Source of the DNA: Tubiluchus corallicola
Taxonomy: Eukaryota > Animalia > Priapulida
Length of the DNA stretch: 64,000 bases
Assembly (NCBI GenBank): GCA_030141605.1
Contig: JAQGDQ010000160.1
Span: forward strand, 186,001-250,000
Direction of reading: 5' to 3'
Both the position numbers and the translations under genes were made by a program. Numbering within the stretch: position 1 is the first letter of the stretch; the number at the start of each line of letters is the position of its first letter. Under the pieces are notes generated by a model. That model was given only the letters and a program-made list of their open reading frames with translations, was not told the origin of the DNA and did no database searches. Below, piece after piece: positions 13,346 through 25,564 of the stretch.

Positions 13346-14279
13346 CACTTGGGTACTCTTTGTTTCAATAACGTCCCAGTTTTATACAAAGCAAGTTTGC
13401 AAAGAACGGCCACAAGTCCATTGAAATTGTGAAATGGATCAACATTGCAACTGGAAAGCACTACATGTATTACTAAATTATTATATGACAAAAATTTATT
13501 TTGTTATGGAATAAATTATATGTAATAGGTAAATAATAAATGCGTGCGCATGCAACTTTATTGCTACAAGTTAGCAATTAAAATGCTTCAATTTCATTAA
13601 TTTGTAATTCATTCATTAATGCTTTATTGCCAATCTTCCAGGCTTATCAATTATCTGTAAGCTAGACTACCAAAAACGATAAAAAGAAATTATGCTAAAA
13701 TTTAACACAAGCACAATTTTAGATTATACAGACTGTGACAGGTTTACTTTTATCAGGTATATCTTCTAAAAAAATTAGAACTTGGCAAAAACTTGAGGTA
13801 GGTATACATAAATATAAACAATCAGACAAAGTTTTCTTAATATTATGGAATTTTTACAGGTTGGAAAACCAACGTAAAACATGCTATGCAAAAAGGAAGG
13901 ATTTTTAAATTATTTCTGCATACTGTAATCATTCAGTTCTAATGTTATTATTTTATCAAATAAGACTTAGTTTTAGCAATGACATTCAAACATCAATCAT
14001 TATAGACTGAACAGCCATTAATACTGCCACATTACTCAAAATATACTTATAAGGACCTGTTAATAGTGTAAGACATCTATATATTCCAAGACATTGAAGC
14101 CAACTCCGAGTCAAAAAGCTAACCAAAAGGCAAACCATTACTTTATATTGTATCAATTCTGTGCTTTGAAATCAATAGCTATTAACACTTTCACGCTGAC
14201 ACATTTCAAAATGCAACTGAGATTAAATGATTGCATTATGCCCTGACAGGAGTCGATCAATAATTACAAGTTGAATTCA

Positions 14280-17200
14280 TTAATCTTCATGTTCATGTTT
14301 ATATTCTTCTGCTGCTACAACTGGCACTAAAACATTCATAAAACAACTCTCGAAATTCTTAATAGAGAAACGCTCAGCAGATTCACGAGCTTGAATCTGC
14401 AGGTTATATAGTTCTTCAGCATTCATATTAAAAATATCTCTCATTGTGACAGCATAAGTATCAAAGCTGTCGGCCAAGAATCCAACTGATTCTCCTTCAT
14501 AAGGTGTTACAATGTCAGCTTTGGGACCACCAGAGTTGTGAGCGAGAACTATTACTCCAGCAGCCATAAATTCGACTATACCTGCAGAAAATACACATGT
14601 AGGTAATTAACTAGTTGCAACGATTCTCAAATTTATGTATATATTCACATACATTGAACATGAATCTGTAATTACAATATATTAAAAATTTCAAGTCAAA
14701 TGATGGCAATCTTAAACTATAGGTCAAAACAATCTACTCTTTAAAATATTGAAAGGAAACATACTGTTTTTTCAAGAATGACATACTTGAAAGAATTATT
14801 ACCACACAAGCACAATTTCCCGTTCCCGCCACTTGTCCTTCGCTATTATGCATTTCGCCACTCGTTAGCTAGACAGGCACTAGAGCTTGCATTTCGGAAA
14901 TGCACTGCACAAAAAACAGGTGCTATACCTCTCAGTTGAGATGTTTTAGTTTCTGTCAAACTACACACATTCAACAGCTCGTGCAAAAGCACAGCGGTAA
15001 ATCTGAATTGTCAATTTTTATCTTAAAACTTGCCTAGTTTTAGTACAACACACTGAATATCTTACGGTAGCAATGTACTTCAATTTCTGCTCTCACAAAC
15101 ATGTGCAACATGCTTGTGGAATACTTTTGCTATTGAAAATTATGTTAGTTTGTGATGTCATCAATAGTTGGACTTGCCCACCATTAATTAAGTTTTTAAT
15201 CTATTACCATATATACTCGCATATAAGCCGAATTTAGAACTATAAAATACAATACTGATGAACAGAAGGACAGACACTAATGCCAATTTTCCAGCCACAC
15301 ATTTTCATCGCTATCTGACTCTTTATTTGGTTGTGTGTGTGGTGTTTGGGGGGTGGTTTTTTTTTGAAAATAGACACTCTATAAGTTTGAGACAGAGACG
15401 ATGAGGGTGGTAGTGACAATGATTTTGAAGGTTTCTAATTATTTTTAAGAACGTTAAATTATAAACAGAAATGTTATAATTTTTTGTGAATAAATAGAAA
15501 ACAAAATATTTTCTTCTTTATTTATATCAAAATGTATAATTTCTTCTATTTCTTCTAGTATGTAACATAAAAGTAAGCATTTTACATCTTTATAGTAAAA
15601 AATTTCTATGAACCAAAAATACCCAATTAACAAAATGTGACAAAAAGGGATCAATTTTGTTGATTGGGTATGGAGTAAAATTAGACAAGTTGATGGTCGG
15701 CTTATATACGGGTTTTTGCAAAAACTGGCCATTTTAAAGCAGTTTTAGGGGGTCGGCTTATATGCGAGTATATACGGTATGTTAGGCACCATTTAATAGA
15801 CTCACTTTCGGACGACCGTGTTTTGAACCAATTAACTGACTGAACCTATTAACTGATGGGTGTCGTATTACAGGTATAGAAGTATAAGTCATTAGCTTAC
15901 TATGCACTGCAAAGGTTTTTAATGAATTTTTGAAACGAAGTAATCCCTAAATTACTTTGTGTAGTTAAAAATTAGAAAAATATTTTAAAATATTAATTTA
16001 TATAAGTGAATTAGCAATAGATTAAAAAGCATACTTTTCTAAATCACAGACTTTTCTAAGTCTGCTTATTTGCAAAAATTACAAAAATTCCTTCTGTTTC
16101 ATTTTCTCATAAAGAAGTTGGCCCACAAAGTTCTCATAATTATAAAAACGTTGAAAATCTGTTGTTGTGCATGAGTAAAACAGTTCTGAATCGTCTGCTC
16201 ACTTACATACATGCTCTTATTTGCTGTACGATGTTTACTCTTGTAAGTCATAAGGAATACCGGCTGATTACTGTACCTGCATCTTTGACTGTTAACTGAT
16301 TAAGCCTGAAAGCGTGATTTGCAAAAGCAAACCGCTAGACAAGTGATTAAATGTTTAGCTTCCAGAAATTCTTTGGGTAACAGTGGGCGAGCGCGTAACA
16401 GATTCAAAGCAAAACTGCTACGCTAGCTTATTAGTGCATGATAAACGTACCGGCTTACAGACAAAACAGTACTGAACTACTTAACGTGATTGTTACATAC
16501 ATTCTGCATACATAGTGCACAAAAGGGAAGTAAAGATGACATAAAAGTAGTAAAGACTCTTTTGGCACATACAAAAATTTTATTAGTAGCTGAAGGAATT
16601 TTTTTAGTCAATTATGCAGAGTTATTTGAGTCAATTACCGATAGTTTTTATGTATATTTGAATAGAAGCGGCCTGTTCCAGGCATTTTTTAGTCAATTAA
16701 GCAATCGAGTCTGTTAACTGTTAGTCTATTAAGTGGCACCTACTGTATTTAATTATCAGGAGTATACTATACCTGCAGTATTAATTATGTTAAAATGTAT
16801 ACTTTTATCGACTTGAAAACGGGGTAATATATGAAAAATCATTCTGTCTTCCTTAACTTTTAAGGATATATAGTAGTAAAATCAGCCGAATTCTTTTTAC
16901 AGTAAACTACATATAACTAGAACCTGCATGACCCGAATTCTTGCATATCTCAAAAAGTTCTCGTGGAACGGATTTTCCCTTTACCAAACATCATCTAATT
17001 CAAAATGTGTAGCTAATTTTCTGGTCCCGAGGCATTCAAGTTATATGTAGTTTACTGTAGTATTTATTAAATATAAATTACATAATATAGTAAATATACC
17101 TATTCCAAAATGTTCATTCCACATCGTATGAAGACCTATCATTGCTTGCGATAAGAGTTCGACTAGTTTCTGAAATGACACATTTAACTGAAAATCAACA

Positions 17201-20200
17201 TATTCGGAAATTTGATAATGTCTGCTCAGTTCACGTAAATGTTCAACCCTTTCTTCATCTTCTTCATTGCGACAGCTTCCGGCTAACACTAATGTGTATT
17301 TATCTCGCTCGGTCTTGGGCACAATTTTAAGAAAAGCCTTGAAACTTCGCAGTTGCAAATCGTGATCCTTTTCAGGCCGAAATTGACCAATTGAGAGAAT
17401 AGTTTTTGCACGCGGAATGCCGAGTGGTATTTTAGAAAACTGGTCAACATCACACGGTGGATACACTAACCACATGCGGTGTTTTACCCGCCACAGTGCA
17501 CCAATGTGCCCAGCTGTCCAAGATGAATTCACCATAACACGATCACACTGCCGACCTACAAGACTATACAACTTGGCAAACAAATTGTAATAAGAAACCT
17601 TCATACGACTCAGTATTGAACTATTAGAAATAAATTGTGCATTGTTATAAGTGGAACTGTGCCCACTGACAACCGTCAACATGTCTGTACTAATTGTTGG
17701 ATAATGTATATAACAAAGACACTCGCAGTCTCCTAAATATTTAAACAATGGAATGGTAAAAGCATAGCCCATTGAATCAATGTAAATTTCTGGTGAAAAT
17801 TTGATAATGGCTTCTAAGCCAAGGATTAGTGATCCAATGCTCTGGCCTGCAAAGAAAACAAAAACTTTAAAGTAACATTACTATTGTTTGTTAACATGAA
17901 ATAAAAATGAAATGAGTTTGTCAAACTATAAAAAACTTATAAAGTAATTATTCAATTTTTTTGCAGTTCTTTTAGACTTGTGCTTGAATTCCGAGCAAAC
18001 TAGTATAAAAACGAAACACTTGGTATTTACACCAGGAATTCTACCCTCTGCAGCATAAATTAAACATTCAAAATGAAACCAGGTCTAAAATAAATAATTA
18101 GTAAAAAAGTCATGTATTTACCAAGTAGGGTAAATCTTGGCCACCTGTCAGCTTCCACCCATCCTCTCCCTTTCAAAAAAATGAACTGTACTGGGCGAGG
18201 TAGTATGAGGTTAAATCTACTGTTTGCCTTCTGTACAATTTCATCTTCAGTAGCATCTACATCTCCAGTGTAAACTATACACTTCACATGAGCATACCTG
18301 CAGCATGTTAAACATGGCATGTGTCTATTGCAGAAGTATGATTAACAATCTTCGTTCAAATTTTAAACACGTTCCATGCAATTTAGCTTACTTTAATTTA
18401 AAATAATTTACTATTCGGTGTGGATGCCTTTCATTTCTATAATAGTAGAACTTTGTATAAAATACATTTAAAAGATGCAAACGTGGCAATGACATGTGAT
18501 TAATAAAATCCTTAATGACATGTTTAATGGTGTTCTTTCGAAGAAATCTCGATTCATCGTGTTTTTGTCTAAAAACACCTCTTTGTTGTATAAACATGTC
18601 TGACCTGCTGACCGAAATTGATAACATTAAAACATTGCTCAGAGTTTCACTTTACAGATTTATGCATCAAACACGCAAACAATAGCTACCAGCCCAAGTT
18701 AAAAAGCAAATTATTTGTAAAGCAATTTCAGTTACTTCAATTGGTAGTTACCTTTTCTGTATTGCTCGAATTGCACACCATAAAACTCGCTCTCCTCCAC
18801 CACCTGCATTGCAGTACGGATGAAAAAAACCAATAACAACTGGTTTTTTCCCATTCACCAAATCTAAAAACATTAGATTTTCGAAGCATATAAGCAGTTT
18901 ATAAAGCCACAAAAAATGTTATAATAACTTAATATTTAGTGTTTTAATTTCAAACAGATTTTCTAAATATGTTACGTCTAGTACTACATATATAGTTAAC
19001 TCTTTTTTATAGCAGACGTCATTACATAACAGACTATTTCTGTTTGTCCATCTACCGAAGTTATACAAGATAAGTCTATTGTAATGAAGCCATGCATCCA
19101 GACCACTAGCTTAGGTCAGTGGGTCAGGTGCTGTGCCAGGCTAGGAGTGTTAACATTACCATCAGCAGAGTAATTTATCATTATAGCCGGGATTAAGTCA
19201 AGACCAAGTGGGTGGGGATGCTGCCTATTTTAATCATCACTTGCCATAATTGTGCATTTTCACATATGTGTACTGTATGCATTTAATTAAACAAACATAC
19301 GTTGCAGTTATACATGCTAACTATTGCTGCCACACTGGTTAGTTACCAGCTACAGTAAACTGATCTGGAAAAGTACTATCACAATTTTTTTTTGTTAACA
19401 TAAATTTCTGCCAACTTTACATGCCATCCAGTAAACTTAATAAAGTCAGTTTGAAAACCTGCCCTTTATGACATTTTCACTTGTTCTAGTTGCTTAATTT
19501 ATTTGACGTGTTGTCGCAAGTTTATAAAAGTTGTGCAGGAAATTTTCTTCCCTGTAGCAGTAAACTGCAGTCATGCACTGCTTATGCACTGCACATCAGC
19601 AGGTTCAAAAGCTACTAAACTAATTCCACTAGCTTAGCCCTTCAATTCGTGCATTACACACACATTTTCAGGCTTTAATTTGTACAGTACATGAAAATGT
19701 GCAGCGAAGACCAGTTTATCGCATATTGTTTACACCTCAGTTCAAAAACAAGGTGAAGGCAATCGCTTAATGTTTACGAAAAGCAGTAATTGTTAAAGTA
19801 AATAAAACTAAGCATCCCCATTTGCTGGGTCTGTTTTCTAATAAGATGTGCTATACATATAGGGGGAGGTGCCTTCCAACCAAATGGTCCGTTATAACAA
19901 GGGCTCGTGCACTAACAAACACTGAAACAAGACACAACTCGGGAAATGTTACCTAAGATGATATCTATGGGAAATACATTTTTAGGTTGGTGTTGGTCAA
20001 TGTTGCATCACAATTTTAGCTCTGTTAAAAGGAAAAATGTAACAGTTACTAATGAGTAATATTGCTTAAAAGAAAAATTGACAGGTTTAAAGTCTACTAA
20101 TCTAATTCCACTAGCTTAGCACTTCAATTCCTGCACCAAACAGTATTTTCTCAGGCTTATTCATACAGTACATAATTCTGCTGACAAAAACACAAACAAA

Positions 20201-20386
20201 ACAAAATCCTACAGTGTAAGTAGTCATAATATCTAATAATTATTGATAATTACCTTTCTGAGCTTTCCGGAGTTTTGCTTTACCAGTAAAGTACAACAAA
20301 CATCTCAAAGTCAGTACTGTCAGTACAAAACTAATAACACTTAGTGCAAGGAGAACAAACACTAGTTTTGCTGTGAATAACAACAT
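14280..20386 (-). CDS. ALG11: GDP-Man:Man3GlcNAc2-PP-Dol alpha-1,2-mannosyltransferase (GT4 family), ~489 aa, 5 coding exons
   Basis: Exons 20254-20386, 18752-18863, 18122-18297, 17100-17846 and 14280-14581 give 1470 nt in frame. N-terminal TM; motifs [88 protein letters not shown]. Confidence 0.97.
15207..15777 (+). mobile_element. pogo/Tigger-like non-autonomous element, 571 bp, in ALG11 intron 4
   Basis: TA|CCATATATACTCGCATATAAGCCGA ... TCGGCTTATATGCGAGTATATACGG|TA (25-bp TIR, 1 mismatch, TA TSD). An internal relic reads ...[12 protein letters not shown] (~15398-15438), like the acidic C-terminus of pogo-type transposases. Confidence 0.85.
15780..16745. mobile_element. Tc1/mariner (Tigger-like) non-autonomous element, ~970 bp; family copy 1
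   Basis: Right end GTCTATTAAGTGGCACCTACTG|TA; decayed left end TGTTAGGCACCATTTAATAGAC. Both ends align with the reverse complement of 28733-29703. It abuts the 15207-15777 element at a shared TA. Confidence 0.85.
16900..17057. mobile_element. 158-bp Tc1/mariner-type MITE
   Basis: TA|CAGTAAACTACATATAACT ... AGTTATATGTAGTTTACTG|TA: perfect 19-bp TIR with TA TSD, about 40 bp from the ALG11 exon-4 donor. Confidence 0.9.
19612..20173. repeat. ~80-bp diverged direct repeat (19612-19692 and 20094-20173) in the first ALG11 coding intron
   Basis: CTACTAA-CTAATTCCACTAGCTTAGC-CTTCAATTC-TGCA...TCAGGCTT...TACAGTACAT occurs at both positions. Confidence 0.75.
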
Positions 20387-20689
20387 CGTTTGAAACTACA
20401 GATTTTAACAACTAAAACTAGGTCAGCGACGAAAATGCAGTGGCCATCACCAAATGCTGTCAGTCACTGAAAAAGAAACACAAAGGTATTAAAAAATCCA
20501 TCTTGTCATGTAGAAATATAATCTAAATTCTAAGAACTATATATCTGTCTAAGAACAGAACTGTATGGGATGCAGGCTAGCTTATTAAAAGTTGTTTAGT
20601 GCCTAATCTCATAAAGTCTTAAAAATTTAAGACGATTAATGTTGATGTGAAATAAACAATCTTGAATCTAATCGAGAACAACGTATAAA

Positions 20690-20890
20690 TGCTCATATTT
20701 TGCCCGCATATACGATTAGATAGACAGGGTAAAGCCTATAAGTAGCCTCTCTTGTTAAATTATTTTATCACGTTTTCTTCCCGCATTTTAAAATTTATGT
20801 TTTCTCTCAAATTTCGTGTCCCAAGTGAAGCACTGCCTAGCGGCCGTTGTCATGGTATGCTATATGGCAAGGATTATTTCAAAAAGGTCA
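20690..20890. promoter_or_regulatory. Probable bidirectional promoter region for ALG11 and TMEM94
   Basis: This is the only non-TE stretch between divergently oriented genes. It has E2F-like TTTGCCCGC (~20699) and TTCCCGC (~20778), plus plus-strand donor-like sites (CATG|GTATGC, AAAAAG|GTCAGA). The ALG11 ATG exon has an upstream acceptor near 20467 and the TMEM94 CDS has an acceptor at 30081. Inferred only; no transcript data. Confidence 0.4.
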
Positions 20891-20989
20891 GATGTGTCGG
20901 TTTATGATAAATTAAAATGGTGTTGCAGAAGGGTTGGCTTTTTAAAAAATGTTTAGAGTTGACTCAGGCTAGAGTGGATCATGGAACTT

Positions 20990-21390
20990 CATTGGATGGC
21001 CTTCCCAGTACATGTCTAGTCTCAATTTCAATTTCTTCTTGAATTGATCTGCTGATGTTGTGCTCCATATCGATGGGTTGAGGGAATTCCAATAATTTAC
21101 CACTCTGAAAATCTTTTGTTTCTACATGGGATTTGTGATCTTGCATCCCGCTCCACATGGATTTACAGAAAAACATTTTCTGCTATCGATTCTTGTAAGG
21201 TTGTTGTACAGATATGATATAGCATGATTTGGTCACCTCCTTTTCTTCTGGAACGTGTGGGTAATAAATTCAATCTCAGCATTCTCTCTGCATACAGTAG
21301 ATCTCTGACTGATCCTAAATTAAGAATTGCTTGAACTTTGGATGGACACCAGACATACTTGTTTTCGAAGTCTAAGAGACTTAACCATAA
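20990..21390 (-). mobile_element. Degraded CR1-clade LINE ORF2 C-terminal fragment
   Basis: Translates to YVWCP...LLYAERMLRLNLLPTRSRRKGGDQIMLYHI, matching the CR1 Y.ERL..L.L..L..RR.RGD.I..YKI motif; frameshifted. Confidence 0.7.
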
Positions 21391-21689
21391 CACGGTTATT
21401 GACGGTCTCTCCTCAAGAATTTGCGAAATTGCGGCAGATTTGATGAGTCAACTGTTTCACTATTAAATGAATTCCAAGGGCCTACAACACCAGAAGAGAA
21501 TAAATGAGCTCTGATATTAGTGCGAGAGTAATGTACAAATAATTTAGAATTGTGTCCATGTATATCATGTAGTGGTCTAAAAAAATTTGTCACTATGCAA
21601 AATAGAACTACGACTAATGAGATTATAACAGTTAATAAGACCTATAGTATCACAGCATCGTTCAAGAGAAGATACAAAGTCTGGTTGAA

Positions 21690-21800
21690 TATCAATTCAA
21701 TTCAATTCAATTTAGTTTTATTTGCACAAATACATACAATGTACATTGGCAAAGCAATACACATTAAATACTACATAAACTGGCTGTGTGCAAAGTTATA
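21690..21800 (-). mobile_element. 3' end of a SINE/LINE with AATAAA and a (TTGAA)n tail, inserted in the CR1 fossil
   Basis: Minus strand reads GTGCAAATAAAACTAAATTGAATTGAATTGAATTGAT. Microsatellite tails are typical of L2/CR1-clade elements and their SINEs. Confidence 0.5.
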
Positions 21801-22359
21801 TATTTATCAGAGGCAGACTAATACATCCCCATTGAGTTTTTTCTAAAGCATTTTTAAGAGTAACATACTGTGGTGACCAAACAACGTACACATATTCTAG
21901 TATTGGCCTAACTGCAGCTTTATAAAGACGTACAATAACTTTTGCACTACATGATGAAATGCAGCATTTTATCATTCCAAAGCGTCTATTGGCCTGAGAA
22001 ATAATATGCTCAATATGTGAATTCCACTTCAGCTTGTTTGAGATTAACACACTCAAATAACGTACAACCGATTTTTCTTCAATAACATCATCTCTCTGAT
22101 AATAAGGTATTGCGGAATTTGAACGAATACGGACATTAACCAGTTTGTCACACATCCGCTCAATTTCAGACAGGTCAGCTTGTACGATCTCTTGATCAGA
22201 GGAATTTCTAATTGGACGGTAAAGTTTTACATCATCATCAAACAGTGGTATACGGGTGCAGGGGAAGCACAATGAGTGACGGCATCGATAAAAATAAGAA
22301 AACAATAAGGTCCGACAAAGTCCCTTGACACTGATTACATTTCTCCAGGAAGTGGTTGC

Positions 22360-23302
22360 TGTTGGGAGCCGTTTGGACCACTGCGCCAAGTAGACCACTT
22401 GATGCGCTAAAAGTAGTGTCCTACATGGGCAGCCCAAGTAGGACACTAGCGATTTTTGTCGAGAAACTTGCTCTGGCAAAACTTGTTTCCAGTTTATATT
22501 ACCATTGTTTATAAGTATTGTTATGACATAATAAAGCATAAAACAAAATTTCTTTTAGAAATGGATATTCCTTGGCAATTTACAAATGCATTTCTTACAA
22601 TAATTTCATCATTATGATTAACTCCATTAATATATCATAACATTAAACCTAGTATCTAATGCTTTAAAGAGAGAAATTCTGCACACAGTTATTACAGAAA
22701 TATTGCAAATTTAAAAATGAGACAGATGCTGCTAAGCCTTCACAACACCAAAAAGTAATTTTTAACATTTAAGAAAAGCAAGGATAATTAGTTTTAATAT
22801 TATCAGTAGTATTGTAACATGTAGGGCACTGTCCTACATGGCTCGCTAGCCCATGTAGGACACATAGATCGCTAGAACGTTTACTTATAAGAAAACAATT
22901 ATTTGCCCAAGAGGTAGTGAAACGGATCACCTGTTTGTGAAGTGAGACAAAATCAAAAATGATATACCTTAAACAAATGTTGAATTCGCAAAAAAGTGGG
23001 GTTTTTTCACTTCAACAACATTAATATCGAAACCAAATTTAATATTGTCCGTTCTACCAGCTCAGAATAAAATTCTTTTATTTTATTAGATGTATAATAA
23101 ATTATTCAACGTGCATTAACGTTTTTAATTATTATTATTACATAAACAAGCACAACGGACGGTGTCAGTACACTTAACGACTGAATTCACGACCTGTCTC
23201 TAGTGTCCTACTTGGGCAGCCCAAGTAGACCGCGGTCTACTTGGGCTAGCCCAAGTAGACCAATTGGTCTACTTGGCGCAGTGGTCCAAACGGCTCCCAA
23301 CA
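22360..23302 (+). mobile_element. Non-autonomous TIR DNA transposon 'A' (TGT...ACA, Ginger-like), 943 bp
   Basis: Perfect 38-bp TIR TGTTGGGAGCCGTTTGGACCACTGCGCCAAGTAGACCA; 5-bp TSD GTTGC/GTTAC; palindromic subterminal repeats (CCCAAGTAGACCGCGGTCTACTTGGG); no transposase ORF. Confidence 0.88.
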
Positions 23303-23500
23303 GTTACACCATTAAAAATTACTCTTTGCCTTCTGTGTGTTTCCAAATTACATCACCGTAGTCTAGTGTTGGTCTCATGAATGTTTTGTACTCTGTTTTT
23401 TCTTGTACATTTGTATATTGTTTACCTTTTTTATTCCTGTGAAATAAATAATTTAATCTAACACATAAAAGTATCCATCTACACCAAAAGTAAAACTGGG

Positions 23501-24483
23501 TCTTGGGCGCCGAGTAACCCACTAGCCCAAGTAGGACAATTGGCGTACATGGGCTACCCAAGTAGGACACTAGAGACAGGTCACGAATTGAGTCGTTAAG
23601 CGAACTGGCGCACCGTCCGTCGTCCTTGTCTATGTAATAATAATAATTAAAAACGTCAATACACATTAAATAATTTATTATACATCTGATAAAATAAAAG
23701 AATTTTATTCTGATCTGGTGGAACGGACAATATTAAATTTGGCTTTGATATAAATATTGTTGAAGTGAAATAAATCCACTTTTTTGTGTTGTGAAGCCTT
23801 AGTAGCATCTGTCTCATTTTTCAACTTGCAATTATTTCTGTAATAACTGTGTGCATAGTTTCTCCCTCTAAAGCTGTTGTGGAGATCGCTGGCATCTATT
23901 AGAATTAAATAGAACATTGTAGAATGTTCCATTAGAATAATCGTCTTACCTTGTAGAATGTTCTAGAAAGAAACTTCTGGAATGCTCCCTGCACACTTAC
24001 ACATTCTCTTGTATACTTGTATTTTCAGATACACTTAAACGTTTTCTAGATTTTCACCTTTACTGTAATCATTTCGCGTTCCTTCATACTTTTGTGTTGT
24101 AGAATTCTCGCTTAGTTTAATTTGTCGACGTCTTTTCTGGTTTTCTCTACGAGCCTTCCAAGAGAAACAAAACACAACAAAAGCATTAGCTTAGTTTAAT
24201 GTTATAATGATTTTAATAGAGCTAATAATACTGATGATACTAGTGTAAAAAGTACGTTAATTTTTTAATTGTCAAGGACTATCCATCATCATTATAAAGA
24301 TACTTTTTTCTTAAACAAATTAATTTTGTGTTTTATTATGTCATCATAATTCTCGATTCTCGTCAAAAATCGCCATTGCCCTACTTGGGCTGCCCATGTA
24401 CGACACTGCTTTTCCGCAAATTTAGCACATGCGTTTTACCGGAAGTGTCCTACTTCGGCTAATGGCTTACTCGACGCCCTACA
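23501..24483 (-). mobile_element. Related TIR element 'B', inverted relative to A; duplicate at 25826-26808
   Basis: Termini TCTTGGGCGCCGAGTAA ... TTACTCGACGCCCTACA; 5-bp TSD CTGGG on both sides. The interior is the reverse complement of A's interior and is interrupted by a solo LTR. Confidence 0.85.
23875..24179. mobile_element. Solo LTR, 305 bp, nested in element B; duplicate at 26200-26504
   Basis: TGTTGTG...CACAACA termini with a perfect 5-bp TSD AAAGC. Removing it restores continuity with the homologous part of element A. TGTT...AACA plus a 5-bp TSD fits BEL/Pao or Copia. Confidence 0.85.
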
Positions 24484-24783
24484 CTGGGTTTTGTCACAAT
24501 ACGGTTAATCTTCGATTTCTTTACCTTCAACACTTCCCCAAGTTTTCAAGATTCTCCATAATGCTATTTTTAACACAAAACTTGCTTTTTTGCTGGATTA
24601 TTCTTGTGTTTACCTGTCTTGAGGGCATATGTCTTTCATTTCATGATTATTCTGCCACTAGTTATGCATACATGGTACAGCAATCACTACACAGCATAAC
24701 AAAGTTTTGCAAATTGTAGATTCTTCCAACACTTTCTATAAATTTCTGTTGCTTCGACAACTTCGTGAGGCTGCGGATTCATG

Positions 24784-25564
24784 TGTAGGGCGCCGAGTAA
24801 ACCGCTAGCCGTAGTAGGACACTTCCAGTAAAACGCATGTGCTAAATTTGCGGAAAAGGAGTCTCGTACATGGGCAGCCCAGGACCAAGTAGGACAATGG
24901 CGATTGCTGTCGAGAATTGTGACATAATGAAACGTAAAACTAAATTTGTTTTATAAAAAAGTAACTTTATAATAATGATGGATACTCCTTGACAATTTAC
25001 AATGTGTTTTTACAGTAATATCATCATTATTATTAGCTCCATTAATATCATGATAACATTCATCTAAGTATCTAATGCTTTAAAGAGAGGCACTATGTAA
25101 GGCACGCAGCTTGCCAGCCCATTTACGTAGTAGAAAACAATTATTTGTCCAAGAGGTAGTGAAACGGATCACCTGTCTGTGAAGCGAGACAAAATAAAAA
25201 TGATATACCTTATGCAAATGTTGGAATCACCTAAGAAGTGGACGTATTTCACTTCAAAAAGATCAATATCGAAGCCAAATTTAATATTGAAAATATACTA
25301 ACTCAAAATAAGATTCTTTTATTTTACCAGATATATAATAAATTATTAAACTTTTTTGACGTTTTCAGTTATTATTATTAAATGAACAAGGACAACGGGT
25401 GCTGCCAGTGTGGTTAATTTGTGACCTGTCTCTAGTGTCCTACTTGGGCAGCCTATGTACGACGTGTCATACTTGGTCTAGCCCATGTACGACGCATCCT
25501 ACTTGGGCTAGCCCATGAACGCCACTTGTCCTTCTTTGGCTAGTGGCTTACTCGGCGCCCAACA
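24784..25564 (+). mobile_element. Related TIR element 'C', 781 bp; duplicate at 27109-27889
   Basis: Termini TGTAGGGCGCCGAGTAA ... TTACTCGGCGCCCAACA; 4-bp TSD CATG. The interior is collinear with A (e.g. CCAAGAGGTAGTGAAACGGATCACCTG). It splits a CR1 C-terminal NRIIDA-W-N motif. Confidence 0.88.

Larger units (their letters stand above)
21396..23335 (-). mobile_element. Degraded CR1-clade LINE reverse transcriptase, interrupted by TIR element A and a short retro-tail
   Basis: RRQRVIFNGV|TTSWRNVIS...LF(A)DDVKLYRPI...LKWNSHIEHIISQANRRFGMIK...LYKAAVRPILEY...WSPQ...LEK, then HGHNSKL...RAHLFS..VVGPWNS. The frame rejoins exactly when 22360-23302 and one TSD copy are removed. Confidence 0.88.

Noticed and set aside
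13054-13491. 145-aa hydrophobic ORF
   Set aside because: The hydrophobic stretch is a translation of the (TTTG/TCTG)n microsatellite.
21796-22539. 247-aa ORF as a host gene
   Set aside because: It is a chimera of element A sequence and a decayed CR1 reverse transcriptase.
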